The notes under the pieces: model-generated
What the model saw: only the letters and a program-made list of their open reading frames with translations
Databases searched by the model: none
Told to the model about the DNA's origin: nothing
From: Pseudomonadota bacterium
GTDB taxonomy: Bacteria; Pseudomonadota; Gammaproteobacteria; Ga0077536
Assembly (NCBI GenBank): GCA_036130055.1
Contig: JAYYOR010000021.1
Span: 1,844 to 65,843 of the forward strand
DNA: 64,000 bases
Direction of reading: 5' to 3'
Made by a program: the position numbers and the translations under genes
Shown here: positions 42,046-52,392 of the stretch, one piece after another
Position numbering within the stretch: position 1 is the stretch's first letter
Layout of the letters: the number at the start of each line of letters is the position of its first letter

Positions 42046-43461
42046 ATGACATTCCACATATCATCTCCCTCAATCGCCATATTAGGACGACAAAACGTTG
42101 GTAAATCTTCGATATTCAATCGACTAACTCGTACAAAATCGGCGTTAGTAGCAGATTTTCCAGGTCTGACTAGAGATTACCGCCTGGGAACATTCACAGC
42201 TAATAATTATATTTTATCCATTGTAGATACCGGTGGCTTTGCATATACAGAACTCAATACTCTTAATAGCAAAGTGAATGAAAGCACTATTGAGATTGCA
42301 AAATTAGCCGATCACTTAATATTGGTTGTCGACGCAGTAGATGGTTACACACACCTGGATGAAGCAATTTTCGATAAAATTCAGGGCCTAAACAAACCTT
42401 TCTCTGTTTTTATTAATAAAGCAGAAGGCAAGGTCGAAACTGAGCTAATTTTTGAGTTTTCAGAATTGACTAGAAAATCAATCTACATTGTTTCGGCCCT
42501 TCAAAATATTGGTTTAAAAAATGCAATTTCTGACTTGGTTAAAAAAAATAACCTTAAATCCACAACAGAGAAATTTGAATACAGGAAAAAATATAAGATT
42601 ACGTTTTATGGAAAGCCGAATGTGGGTAAATCCACTCTTCTTAATAAACTACTTGGATATAAACGAGTAATTGAAAGTGACTTACCGGGTACTACCAGAG
42701 AGGACCTTTCAGTTGAAATGACCAGCAGTGCTATTAGTTATCAACTAATAGATACTGCAGGATTGCGAAGAAAAAGCAAAGTCAACGACGGAATAGAAAA
42801 AATTTCTGCGCTTCGTACCCTTCACACAATGTATGATTCAGATATTATTTTGTTAATACTTGATGTTTCAGAAAAACTTAGCTTTCAAGATCTACGCCTT
42901 TTTTCAGATATATCGAAGAGTAACGTACCCTTTTTAATAATCGCAAATAAAATAGATAAGATAGATGAAGAGTTAAAGTTGAAATTTACTCAAGAGTTTG
43001 AAAGAAAAATAAGTTTTCAGAATTTATTGCCGGTCATCTTTGTATCAGGAAAAAATGGCGAGGGAATTGCAAAGCTAAAAAAAACACTAAGAAAGTTGAC
43101 CTATTCTCTAGAGAAAAAAATTAAAACTAGCGATATGAATGAAATACTAAATAACGCAATTAAAAAAAATCCGCCACCAATGATTAGAGGTAAAAGAGCA
43201 AAGCTCCGCTATGTTCATATTATAAAAAATCCTAATATAACAATATTGATCCATGGTAATCAGGTTGAAAATTTGCCAGAAAACTATCGTAGATATTTAT
43301 CGAATTTCTTTCGAGAGAATTTAGAGCTGCCAAATCACCCCCTAAAACTTGTTTTTAGATCAACGAAAAACCCGTTTGCCGGCAGAAAAAACAAGTTAAG
43401 TGCACGACAAACCAAAAAAAGACAACGTTTGATTAAATTCAAAAATAAAAAAAAGAATTAG
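42046..43461 (+). CDS. der: Ribosome-associated GTPase Der (EngA)
   Basis: Two G domains (GRQNVGKSS and GKPNVGKST) plus a KH-like C-terminus. Confidence 0.93.
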   Translation: MTFHISSPSIAILGRQNVGKSSIFNRLTRTKSALVADFPGLTRDYRLGTFTANNYILSIVDTGGFAYTELNTLNSKVNESTIEIAKLADHLILVVDAVDGYTHLDEAIFDKIQGLNKPFSVFINKAEGKVETELIFEFSELTRKSIYIVSALQNIGLKNAISDLVKKNNLKSTTEKFEYRKKYKITFYGKPNVGKSTLLNKLLGYKRVIESDLPGTTREDLSVEMTSSAISYQLIDTAGLRRKSKVNDGIEKISALRTLHTMYDSDIILLILDVSEKLSFQDLRLFSDISKSNVPFLIIANKIDKIDEELKLKFTQEFERKISFQNLLPVIFVSGKNGEGIAKLKKTLRKLTYSLEKKIKTSDMNEILNNAIKKNPPPMIRGKRAKLRYVHIIKNPNITILIHGNQVENLPENYRRYLSNFFRENLELPNHPLKLVFRSTKNPFAGRKNKLSARQTKKRQRLIKFKNKKKN

Positions 43462-43462
43462 A

Positions 43463-44851
43463 CTATTCCATAGCGAGTGTATTGTATAGTCTATCCAATA
43501 ATCTTTCAGACCTCTGATTTGTAAGCCATTTACCTTCTTTGTCTAGAATCACGATCTCGGTTTTATCCCCTATTCCAGTTAAGCTCACTTGAAACTGTGA
43601 TGATCTTTCCCCACCCCAAAATTTTGCTCTACTGAATATTGATTCTTTGTCTAGGTTGTTTTCACTCATATTCACAACAAATACGCCCCTAGACTTATCA
43701 GCTTGTCTTATTCCCATTCCAGATCGTCTTATTGCTCGCTCAACTAATTTCCATGAGTAGGAGTAATTATTTTCAACTGTTAAATAGTAATTACCTCTTC
43801 CAACCGAAACAACTTGAGGATTTTGTACTTTAAAATTTGATGCATTATCTTCTTTAATAGATTGAAGTGCTACTCGTTCGGAATTCATATTCATCACTAC
43901 ATTATTTCTGTCATTCTCAAAATCTTTTGTTTCTTTAAAATCTCTAGTTTCGGTTTTAAATTCCCTTAAAGAAATATCAGTCTCTTGCTTAACCACTGGC
44001 ATCTGTTCTTCATAAGGATCGACTAGAACATTATCTGCTAATTTTTGCTCGTTCTCGTTGGAGTCAGTTTGCCTGTAAGGCTTGTTCTTGAAAAATTTTG
44101 CGCCACCACTGGTATATGTTCTCTGATTCACTTGTTTAGGCGCAACGATAATATCTTTTTGATAATCATTCCTCTGATTATCTACTATTAAATTCCTACC
44201 GCCTAATAAGTTATCCCTCAACCTACTCATTAAATTTAATTCTTCCTGAACGATTCTTTTGGTGGGACCCCAAACATAATCTTCACCATAGGCTTCATTA
44301 ACGGTTTCCAATTCCTGCCTTTCACAAACAGCAAATACTATATTTAGATAATCACCCTTTCCTTGCTCAGTGTAGATTTTAAATCTTTGACGGGTCAACT
44401 TGTCTTTTGATTCTACCCAAGATGTTTCCATTATTCCCAATTGCAAGTCATCTAGTACTAACAGCTCGTTTTGGGATTGCCAAAAACGGCGTAACGAATT
44501 CCAAAGGGTATCTCGGTCAACTTTTGCCAATAGAACAGGGCGATCTTCTATCTTTCCTAGTTCAAATATTTTGCTATCATTTTCACGGGCTCTAACAGGC
44601 TGTTCCCCGGCTATTCGTCTTTCATTGAAATTTTCGAAGGCTACATTTCCAGAGGAGTCAGGAATAAACATTTTGTCCTTAATAGTTGCACTGCTTAACT
44701 CCGGCGGGATTGATAAATCAGGTAGAGTTCTCGCTTTTAGATAATCCTTCTTTGTATCAGGGGCCACATCATCAAGAAATTCTGTAAACCTTCCACACCC
44801 TATAATCTGCGTTATAGAAATAAATAAAATTAAAAAACGATGCAAATTCAT
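43463..44851 (-). CDS. bamC: Outer membrane protein assembly factor BamC (NlpB) lipoprotein with a long charged central insertion
   Basis: IIGCG lipobox. LWNSLRRFWQSQNELLVLDDLQLGIMETSWVES resembles E. coli BamC [33 protein letters not shown]. Immediately downstream of dapA as in E. coli. 462 aa versus about 344 aa. Confidence 0.75.
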   Translation of the reverse strand: MNLHRFLILFISITQIIGCGRFTEFLDDVAPDTKKDYLKARTLPDLSIPPELSSATIKDKMFIPDSSGNVAFENFNERRIAGEQPVRARENDSKIFELGKIEDRPVLLAKVDRDTLWNSLRRFWQSQNELLVLDDLQLGIMETSWVESKDKLTRQRFKIYTEQGKGDYLNIVFAVCERQELETVNEAYGEDYVWGPTKRIVQEELNLMSRLRDNLLGGRNLIVDNQRNDYQKDIIVAPKQVNQRTYTSGGAKFFKNKPYRQTDSNENEQKLADNVLVDPYEEQMPVVKQETDISLREFKTETRDFKETKDFENDRNNVVMNMNSERVALQSIKEDNASNFKVQNPQVVSVGRGNYYLTVENNYSYSWKLVERAIRRSGMGIRQADKSRGVFVVNMSENNLDKESIFSRAKFWGGERSSQFQVSLTGIGDKTEIVILDKEGKWLTNQRSERLLDRLYNTLAME

Positions 44852-44873
44852 TTGATCTCCCTCTTGGCGAGCC

Positions 44874-45785
44874 TTATTGTTTCGATAGGTTAGCCTTATT
44901 CATCGCAATTTTTACACACTCCTGATTGACAGAAGATAGCTCTGTCAAAGGTAATCTTATTCCTTTTTTAATTAGCCCTATCTGTTGCACCGCCCACTTA
45001 ACCGGGATCGGATTGGCTTCAACAAATAAATCCTTATGCAAAGGTTTTAACTCATCATTTAAATGTGACGCAAGCTCTGCCTTATTTCTACTAGCAGCTT
45101 CACACATTTTACTCATTTTAAAAGGCGCAACATTTGCGGTAACTGAAATAACTCCATCTCCCCCCGCCAGAATAAAATCCATGGCGTTTGAATCTTCCCC
45201 ACTGAATATCAGAAAGTTTTTTCCACAACCATCTCTGATAGACTTTACCCTATTTAATTCTCCAGATGCTTCTTTAATGCCAACGATATTTTTTATTTTT
45301 GACAATTTAATAACAGTCTCTACACTCATATCGCAAGCTGTCCTTGAAGGAACATTGTAAAGTATTTGGGGTAAATTAACTTCTTCCGCGATTGTTGTAT
45401 GATGTAGCACCAAACCCTCTTGAGTTGGTTTATTGTAGTAAGGAGTTACTATTAGAGCCGCATCAGCACCCCTAATTTTTGCCTCTTTGGTCAAAAAAAT
45501 CGCTTCGTGAGTAGAGTTCGAACCGGTACCCGCGATTACTGGGATCCTTCCATCCACAGCATCAACTACATTTGTTATCATATTACAGTGTTCTTCTGAT
45601 GTAAGTGTAGCAGATTCGCCCGTTGTTCCAACTACAACTATAGCGTTTGTTTCATTCTCAATATGAAACTCAACCAGTGGTTTAATAGAATCCTCGTCAA
45701 TTGCAGTATAAGGTGTAATATAACCATCCATGGGAGTTACCAATGCCACTATACTTCCCTTAATACGGTTAATATCCAAACTCAT
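44874..45785 (-). CDS. dapA: 4-hydroxy-tetrahydrodipicolinate synthase
   Basis: GSIVALVTPMDG and GTTGES motifs. Confidence 0.93.
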   Translation of the reverse strand: MSLDINRIKGSIVALVTPMDGYITPYTAIDEDSIKPLVEFHIENETNAIVVVGTTGESATLTSEEHCNMITNVVDAVDGRIPVIAGTGSNSTHEAIFLTKEAKIRGADAALIVTPYYNKPTQEGLVLHHTTIAEEVNLPQILYNVPSRTACDMSVETVIKLSKIKNIVGIKEASGELNRVKSIRDGCGKNFLIFSGEDSNAMDFILAGGDGVISVTANVAPFKMSKMCEAASRNKAELASHLNDELKPLHKDLFVEANPIPVKWAVQQIGLIKKGIRLPLTELSSVNQECVKIAMNKANLSKQ

Positions 45786-45898
45786 GCGATAAACTCATTT
45801 TACTTTCTTAAAATTTAATTATACTGTAGGAACATAAATTTCAACAGATCAATCTAAGTTATTCAAATCGTATAAAACATCTTTTAATCATAAATATT

Positions 45899-46960
45899 TT
45901 AGGCCACTTCATTTTTAAGATAAGTCGGCCAAGCAACCAAGACTGATTTTATAACAGTAGCGAGAGGAATTGCGAAAAAAACGCCCCAGAATCCCCAAAT
46001 TCCCCCGAAAATCAATACAGCAATCACGATTGCAACAGGATGAAGATTAACCGCTTCAGAAAAAAGAATAGGCACCAATACGTTCCCATCTAATATCTGG
46101 ATAACAAAATATACCCCAACCACCCAGGCAAATTCGGTTCCAAATCCAAACTGTAAAAAACCGGCGATAATTACTGGAACACTAACTACAGCAGCACCAA
46201 CGAAAGGGATGATTACGGAAAGACCGACCACAACTCCTAATAGAGCAGAATAATTTAAATTCAACAACCAAAATGAGAAATAAGAAACTGTCCCTACAAT
46301 TACTATTTCGTAAAATTTTCCTCTCATATAATTTCCAATCTGTCTGTCAACATCCTTCCACACCTGCCCGAGAAGAACTTGATCTTTTGGCATAAATGTA
46401 TTGATAAACCCAATGAGCACTTCTTTATCCTTCAAAAAGAAGAAAACAAGCAAAGGAACAAGAAATAAATAAATTATAGTTAAAATCATAGTCGGAATAG
46501 AAGATATCGAAAAAGATAGCAACGTTTGACCCAAAGTTGTCAGTTCTCCAACCAAACTGGATATAATTTCATCAGTCTGATACAACTCTCCAAGAGAAAG
46601 CATATCCGGTAAATTTTCAAGCAATTGCCTAGCTTGGACAACTAATTTTGGTAAGTCCTGCAAAAATTTTCCGATTTGATCAGATACAACGGGGACCAAG
46701 CCCAAAAAGAAAAACATCATCAAACCAATCAAAATAAAAAAAGAGACATATACAGCGAGGATTCTTGGCATATTTTTTTTTGTAAGAAACTGCGCAAATC
46801 CTTCAAGCATGTAAGCTATGATGCTAGCAGCAATAACTGGAGCCAACATTTCACCGAAAAAGCCGATAATCACACTCAGCACAAGTATAAGTGCTACCAT
46901 AACTACCGCATCCGGATGAGAAAAGTGGTTGTCAAACCACTTTCTAAATGAACTAAACAT
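45899..46960 (-). CDS. AI-2E family (UPF0118, PerM/TqsA-like) transporter
   Basis: Eight-TM architecture with the characteristic C-terminal half. Confidence 0.8.
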   Translation of the reverse strand: MFSSFRKWFDNHFSHPDAVVMVALILVLSVIIGFFGEMLAPVIAASIIAYMLEGFAQFLTKKNMPRILAVYVSFFILIGLMMFFFLGLVPVVSDQIGKFLQDLPKLVVQARQLLENLPDMLSLGELYQTDEIISSLVGELTTLGQTLLSFSISSIPTMILTIIYLFLVPLLVFFFLKDKEVLIGFINTFMPKDQVLLGQVWKDVDRQIGNYMRGKFYEIVIVGTVSYFSFWLLNLNYSALLGVVVGLSVIIPFVGAAVVSVPVIIAGFLQFGFGTEFAWVVGVYFVIQILDGNVLVPILFSEAVNLHPVAIVIAVLIFGGIWGFWGVFFAIPLATVIKSVLVAWPTYLKNEVA

Positions 46961-47089
46961 TTTGATTATCTGAACCTCTTTTAACTGAAACTATGTATAT
47001 CAAAAAAAACTCCCTCATCAACAACATCAATACCGTTAAATGATAATATTAAATAGCCATCATTTGAAACCATAAAAAGTAAGATTTAA

Positions 47090-48190
47090 GTGAAACAACC
47101 AATTGATTTAGATTTATTGACTGAAAAACTCAAAAATTCATCCAAGGAACTAGGTTTTGACCGACTTGCTATCTGCGAGGCTTCAGTGAGATTCGACGAA
47201 AAAGATTATTTACACTGGATTGGAAAAAATTTCAATGGAAGTATGAAGTATCTGGAGAGAAATATAGGAATGCGGTTAGAACCCCGTCAGATCAGACCAT
47301 CTACGAACTCTATTATATGTGTAACCGCAAACTATCTGACTAATTCAATTTCAAAGATGGATGCCAAACTTAAAGATAAGAAAAAAGGTTATATTTCAGT
47401 TTATGCACTGGGAAAAGACTATCATAAGATAATACGGAAAAGGCTTGTCAAATTAAGTAAAATATTAGAAAAAGAAATCAAGCCATCCGGTTATAGAGTC
47501 TTTTCGGACAGCGCTCCGATCTATGAAAAGCCATTAGCGCAAAAATCCGGTTTAGGATGGATTGGAAAAAATACCTTATTAATAAACAAAGAAGTTGGTT
47601 CTTTCTTTTTTCTAGGAGAAATATTCACCGACCTTAAACTACCTGTGACTCCTTCTGAAACAGAAAATCTATGCGGAACTTGTACAAATTGTTTGAACAT
47701 ATGTCCAACTAATGCAATCGTTGAACCATATAAACTAGACTCAAGAAAATGTATTTCCTATCTAACGATTGAATCAAAAGAGAAAATCCCTATCGAACTA
47801 CGCGATAAAATTGGGAATCGAATATTTGGATGTGATGATTGTCAGATATATTGCCCGTGGAATAAATATGCTAAGGTTGAGGATATCAATATTTTTTCTT
47901 CCCCTATAGAGCTAGATAGCAAAAACCTGAAGGAAATGTTTTTATTCAGCGAAATTGAGTTCAAGCGTTTAACGGAGGGAAGTCCCATTAGAAGAATAAA
48001 CTATGAACAATGGCTTAGAAATTTAGCGATTGCAATAGGTAATAGTAAACCGGACGATGAATTACTTAACGTTTTAAAAAAACGTTTATATGATGTCAGT
48101 GATTTAGTTCGAGAACACATCGAATGGGCGATTAAAAAACAATGTGGTAAAATAGAAATTAAGGACAAAAATATCAATAATAAAAATTAA
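47090..48190 (+). CDS. queG: tRNA epoxyqueuosine(34) reductase QueG
   Basis: Co-linear with the E. coli QueG N-terminus. 4Fe-4S ferredoxin motif CGTCTNCLNICP. GTG start. Confidence 0.88.
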   Translation: MKQPIDLDLLTEKLKNSSKELGFDRLAICEASVRFDEKDYLHWIGKNFNGSMKYLERNIGMRLEPRQIRPSTNSIICVTANYLTNSISKMDAKLKDKKKGYISVYALGKDYHKIIRKRLVKLSKILEKEIKPSGYRVFSDSAPIYEKPLAQKSGLGWIGKNTLLINKEVGSFFFLGEIFTDLKLPVTPSETENLCGTCTNCLNICPTNAIVEPYKLDSRKCISYLTIESKEKIPIELRDKIGNRIFGCDDCQIYCPWNKYAKVEDINIFSSPIELDSKNLKEMFLFSEIEFKRLTEGSPIRRINYEQWLRNLAIAIGNSKPDDELLNVLKKRLYDVSDLVREHIEWAIKKQCGKIEIKDKNINNKN

Positions 48191-48191
48191 A

Positions 48192-48866
48192 ATGAGCAAC
48201 GAACCTATTATAGCGCCATCACTACTATCAGCTGACTTTGCTAATCTTGGCGCCCAAGCCGAGCTTTGTATAGCAAACGGTGGTGATTGGGTTCATTTTG
48301 ACGTGATGGATAACAGTTTTGTCCCGAACCTAACATTCGGCCCAATGGTCTGTAAATCCTTGAGAGATTATGGAATCACTGCACCGATTGATGTACACCT
48401 AATGACCTATAATATTGAGAGTCTCATCAAAGAATTCGCAAAAGCCGGAGCTAATACAATAAGTATTCATCCCGAATCAACTGCTCATCTAGATTCGTGT
48501 ATAAATCTTATTAAGGAATTTGGGTGCAATGCAGGTATTGTTCTTAATCCAGCGACCCCGACAAATTCGTTAGATTTTATTTTGAATAAAATAGACCTTA
48601 TATTAATAATGTCCGTAAACCCTGGTTTTGGTGGGCAAAAGTTTATTGGAAATTCTTTGAATAAAATAAAAAAAGTACGAAACATTATAGATAAGAGCCA
48701 ATTAAACATAAGACTACAGGTCGACGGAGGCATTACTCTCGACAATATAGAAGACGTCGCAAAAGCTGGAGCTGATACTTTTGTGTCGGGTAGTACGATC
48801 TTCAAAAGCGAGAATATGAAAGAGACTATTAATAAAATGAAAGATTTAATTAGAAACACCTATTAA
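48192..48866 (+). CDS. rpe: Ribulose-phosphate 3-epimerase
   Basis: SLLSADFANLG...FDVMDN.FVPN signature. Confidence 0.93.
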   Translation: MSNEPIIAPSLLSADFANLGAQAELCIANGGDWVHFDVMDNSFVPNLTFGPMVCKSLRDYGITAPIDVHLMTYNIESLIKEFAKAGANTISIHPESTAHLDSCINLIKEFGCNAGIVLNPATPTNSLDFILNKIDLILIMSVNPGFGGQKFIGNSLNKIKKVRNIIDKSQLNIRLQVDGGITLDNIEDVAKAGADTFVSGSTIFKSENMKETINKMKDLIRNTY

Positions 48867-48882
48867 AAGAAATGGACAATTT

Positions 48883-49467
48883 ATGGTAGTTGTAATTGAT
48901 AATTATGATTCTTTTACTTATAACTTGGTTCAATATGTGGGTGAACTAGGTTATAAAACAAAAGTATTTAGGAATGATGAAATTACTATTGAAGAAATCC
49001 AAAATATTACTCCATCTCATATTATTATTTCCCCAGGCCCCTGTACTCCAAGTGAAGCGGGCATCTCTGTTGAGACCATTCAAAGCCTTCATGAAAAGTA
49101 TCCAATTTTAGGTGTCTGTTTAGGACATCAAAGCATAGCACAAGCTTTAGGGGGCGTAGTTAAAAAAGCTAAAGCGGTTATGCACGGTAAGACCTCGAAA
49201 ATATTTCATAATGGGACCGGAGTTTTTAAAAATATTAACTCGCCTTTTTTAGCCACTCGGTACCATTCACTTGCAATTGAAGCTGAAACACTTCCTGATG
49301 GACTAGAGGTTAATGCGTGGACTGAAGACAAGAGCGGCAATTTAATAGAGATCATGGGAGTTCAGCATCTAAAATGCGATTTACATGGGGTTCAATTTCA
49401 CCCAGAATCAATAGAATCAGAATTCGGACACGAGTTAATTGGAAACTTTTTAACCATTAGGAAATAG
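48883..49467 (+). CDS. trpG: Anthranilate synthase component II (glutamine amidotransferase)
   Basis: IDNYDSFTYNL and GVCLGHQ motifs. Confidence 0.9.
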   Translation: MVVVIDNYDSFTYNLVQYVGELGYKTKVFRNDEITIEEIQNITPSHIIISPGPCTPSEAGISVETIQSLHEKYPILGVCLGHQSIAQALGGVVKKAKAVMHGKTSKIFHNGTGVFKNINSPFLATRYHSLAIEAETLPDGLEVNAWTEDKSGNLIEIMGVQHLKCDLHGVQFHPESIESEFGHELIGNFLTIRK

Positions 49468-49471
49468 TAAA

Positions 49472-50488
49472 GTGATCAAAACTATACTAAAAAAGGTTTT
49501 TGAAAAAGAATCGCTTCTCGAAGAGGAAGCAATTCAAGTTTTTGAGGCAATGCTTGCAGGAGAATTAACGGATGCACAAGTAAGTTGTTTTCTTACCTCT
49601 TTATCTTTTAAGGGGGAATCATCAACTGAGATCGCTGCTGCAGCAAAAATTCTTAGAAAAAATAGTTTAAAAGTTAATACAAATCAAACAATATTGGTGG
49701 ATACATGCGGAACAGGAGGCGATAATTCTAATTCGTTCAACGTTTCTACAGGAGCTGCATTCATAGCTGCAGCGGCCGGAGTAAAAATTGGGAAACATGG
49801 TAATCGCTCAGCGAGTAGCAATAGTGGCAGTGCCGATTTGCTAGAAGAAGCAGGGGCAAATATAAACCTTACTCCAGAAAATGTCGCAAAATGCATCGAG
49901 GAAGTTGGAATTGGTTTTATGTTCGCACCTGCCCATCATAAAGCAACAAAAAAAGTGGTCGCTATAAGAAAAGAACTTGGAATAAGAACTTTATTTAATT
50001 TAATCGGACCACTAACAAATCCCTCAAATATCACGGCCCAAGTGATCGGCATATTTGATCACAATCTGATAGAAACATATTTAGAGGTTCTAATAAGACT
50101 AAAATGTGAAAAGGCATTAGTTGTTGCTTCCGCAGATGGACTTGATGAAATCTCCGTAGGCAGCAACACCTTTATCGGGGAACTCAATGGGGAAGAATAT
50201 AAAATTTTCGAAAAAAGACCAGAGGACTTTGGTATTGAACTAAGAGAAAACCCAGAAATTTCAGTGAAAAATCCCATGGAGAGTCTTAAAATGATTGAAT
50301 CAGCTTTTTCAGGTGAAGACTCGGCCGCTCTTGACATGCTCATTCTCAATGCTGGTGCAGTTATATATATTGGGAACAAGAGCGAGAGTATTCGTCAAGG
50401 AGTTGATGTGGCGAGAGATGTAATCAATCAGGGCAAAGTGCTAAAAACCTTCCAAAAATACATTGAGTTAACCAAAGATTTAACGTAA
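49472..50488 (+). CDS. trpD: Anthranilate phosphoribosyltransferase
   Basis: GTGGD and KHGNRS motifs. GTG start. Confidence 0.92.
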   Translation: MIKTILKKVFEKESLLEEEAIQVFEAMLAGELTDAQVSCFLTSLSFKGESSTEIAAAAKILRKNSLKVNTNQTILVDTCGTGGDNSNSFNVSTGAAFIAAAAGVKIGKHGNRSASSNSGSADLLEEAGANINLTPENVAKCIEEVGIGFMFAPAHHKATKKVVAIRKELGIRTLFNLIGPLTNPSNITAQVIGIFDHNLIETYLEVLIRLKCEKALVVASADGLDEISVGSNTFIGELNGEEYKIFEKRPEDFGIELRENPEISVKNPMESLKMIESAFSGEDSAALDMLILNAGAVIYIGNKSESIRQGVDVARDVINQGKVLKTFQKYIELTKDLT

Positions 50489-50490
50489 AA

Positions 50491-51288
50491 ATGAAAAATA
50501 TTTTAGACATAATTATAGAGCATAAATTAGCTGAGGTAGAAGAAAATAAAAGAATTACATCAAGCAAAGAAATTAAAGCTGCAGCCAAAAAACAGACCAA
50601 ACAAAGTCGCTTCCTTGAAGAGTTTAAGAACACCAATAAAAAAGGCCTGCCCGCTTTAATAGCCGAATGTAAAAAAGGATCGCCAAGCAGAGACATAATA
50701 GTTAAACATTATGACCCAATAAAAATTGCTGAAGCCTATCAAAAACACGGTGCCTCAGCGGTATCAGTGTTAACTGATGAAAAATTTTTTTATGGAAAAA
50801 AAAATCATATCAGCCAAATTAAACAAACTGTTTCACTTCCAATTCTTAGAAAAGATTTTATCATTGACAGCTATCAAATTTCTGAAACTAAATTATTAGG
50901 TGCTGACTGTATACTGTTGATTGCTGCCTGTCTTACTACCAAAAAGATAAAAGACTTTCTTAATGAATCAAAAGATTACGGATTAGACGCTCTTATTGAA
51001 GTTCACACTGAAAATGAACTCGAGGAAATACTTTCTCTCGACCATAACTTAATCGGAATAAATAATCGTAACTTAAAAGAGTTTACAACCGATATACAAA
51101 ATTCAATTGATCTCGAAAAACTTATTCCGGAAACTGCGCTAGTAGTTTCAGAATCAGGATTGAAAACCCGGCAAGACATAGAGAAACTCGAGAAAAGTGG
51201 AATTAAAGCGTATTTGATTGGCGAGACATTCTTAGAAGCACAAGATATCGGAACTAAAATTGAAGAGTTATTTCCCCAATTGAAGTGA
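50491..51288 (+). CDS. trpC: Indole-3-glycerol phosphate synthase (monofunctional)
   Basis: IGPS TIM-barrel motifs (IAE.KK.SPS, RKDF). Confidence 0.9.
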   Translation: MKNILDIIIEHKLAEVEENKRITSSKEIKAAAKKQTKQSRFLEEFKNTNKKGLPALIAECKKGSPSRDIIVKHYDPIKIAEAYQKHGASAVSVLTDEKFFYGKKNHISQIKQTVSLPILRKDFIIDSYQISETKLLGADCILLIAACLTTKKIKDFLNESKDYGLDALIEVHTENELEEILSLDHNLIGINNRNLKEFTTDIQNSIDLEKLIPETALVVSESGLKTRQDIEKLEKSGIKAYLIGETFLEAQDIGTKIEELFPQLK

Positions 51289-51289
51289 G

Positions 51290-51742
51290 CTAAAATTGCT
51301 CATCTTGACGACTAGAAATTTTCAATATATTTCCCGATGGATCCTTAACGCTGAATGAGGCATCAGTCTTCCCACCCTTCCTATTTTTAATCAATGGCGT
51401 TTCATTGTATTTAATACCAATATAATTTAGATGATCAATTAGTCTATGCCAATCATCCCAATGTACCCTTAGGCCAAAGAAAAAATTTGGGTCCTTAGCA
51501 TAATTAAGATTTTCACCTGCCTCATTTTTAATCAGACTTAACTCTGTATCAAAGAAATCTAGTATTATGTGATCAGTTGATCTGGTTTTTAATCGGCATC
51601 CAAGATTATTAACATAGAAATCAAGTGAATGTTTTACATCTCGCACCACAATTCCAAATTGCACAATAGGTTTTTGCCTAAACTCTGTGTCTTGGCGATC
51701 CTTGAACAAATTACCGCTTTTCAATATCACTTGCTTTCCCAT
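51290..51742 (-). CDS. VOC-family (glyoxalase/bleomycin-resistance/dioxygenase fold) protein
   Basis: About 150 aa with VOC-like betaalphabetabetabeta modules. Overlaps the upstream class II aldolase gene by 32 nt. Confidence 0.55.
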   Translation of the reverse strand: MGKQVILKSGNLFKDRQDTEFRQKPIVQFGIVVRDVKHSLDFYVNNLGCRLKTRSTDHIILDFFDTELSLIKNEAGENLNYAKDPNFFFGLRVHWDDWHRLIDHLNYIGIKYNETPLIKNRKGGKTDASFSVKDPSGNILKISSRQDEQF

Positions 51743-52370
51743 AAGTTTTAAACTTTTTCTTTAACTTTGTCATTTCTGTTTTAGAAAGAATTTTAGGTTT
51801 TCCAACCGAAAGAGTAATCGTATACATCCTTGCGAGCTCTTCTAGCAATAAGGTATTATCAAAAGCATCCTTAAGCGTTGCACCAACAATAATAACTCCA
51901 TGATTAGCTAGAAAGCATGCCTTGCTATCTTTTATAGCATCTATTACTGACAACGACAATTCGGTAGTTCCAAAAGTTTCATATCTTGCACACTCAATCG
52001 AGCCGACCCCAAAGTTCGCAACCATATAATGAAATGGTGGAAGCTCATAGCCTAAACAGGATAATGCAGTAGCGTAAGGTGAATGAGTGTGGATAATCGC
52101 TCTATTTTCGGGAAAATTACGATAAATATCATTATGAAATCGCCACTCAGAGGAAGGGGCAAACTCTCCCTGTGTTAATTCTCCGCTTCCTATTTCTACT
52201 TCAACAAACTTATCTGGGGTAATATCTAGAACAGAAATACCGGACGGTGAAATTAACATCGTGTCGCCAGTTTTTGCACTAATATTACCGGCTTTTTGAG
52301 TATTCAAGCCCAGATCATAAAGATCGGTAAAACTTTTACACAAGCTATTTCTCAAGGCGTCTTTTTCCAC
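51711..52370 (-). CDS. Class II aldolase/adducin-family protein (FucA/AraD-like)
   Basis: SPSGIS and HTHSPYATALS metal-binding motifs. GTG start. Confidence 0.8.
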   Translation of the reverse strand: MEKDALRNSLCKSFTDLYDLGLNTQKAGNISAKTGDTMLISPSGISVLDITPDKFVEVEIGSGELTQGEFAPSSEWRFHNDIYRNFPENRAIIHTHSPYATALSCLGYELPPFHYMVANFGVGSIECARYETFGTTELSLSVIDAIKDSKACFLANHGVIIVGATLKDAFDNTLLLEELARMYTITLSVGKPKILSKTEMTKLKKKFKTYGKASDIEKR

Positions 52371-52392
52371 GGCATCTATCCTTTATCAGAAA

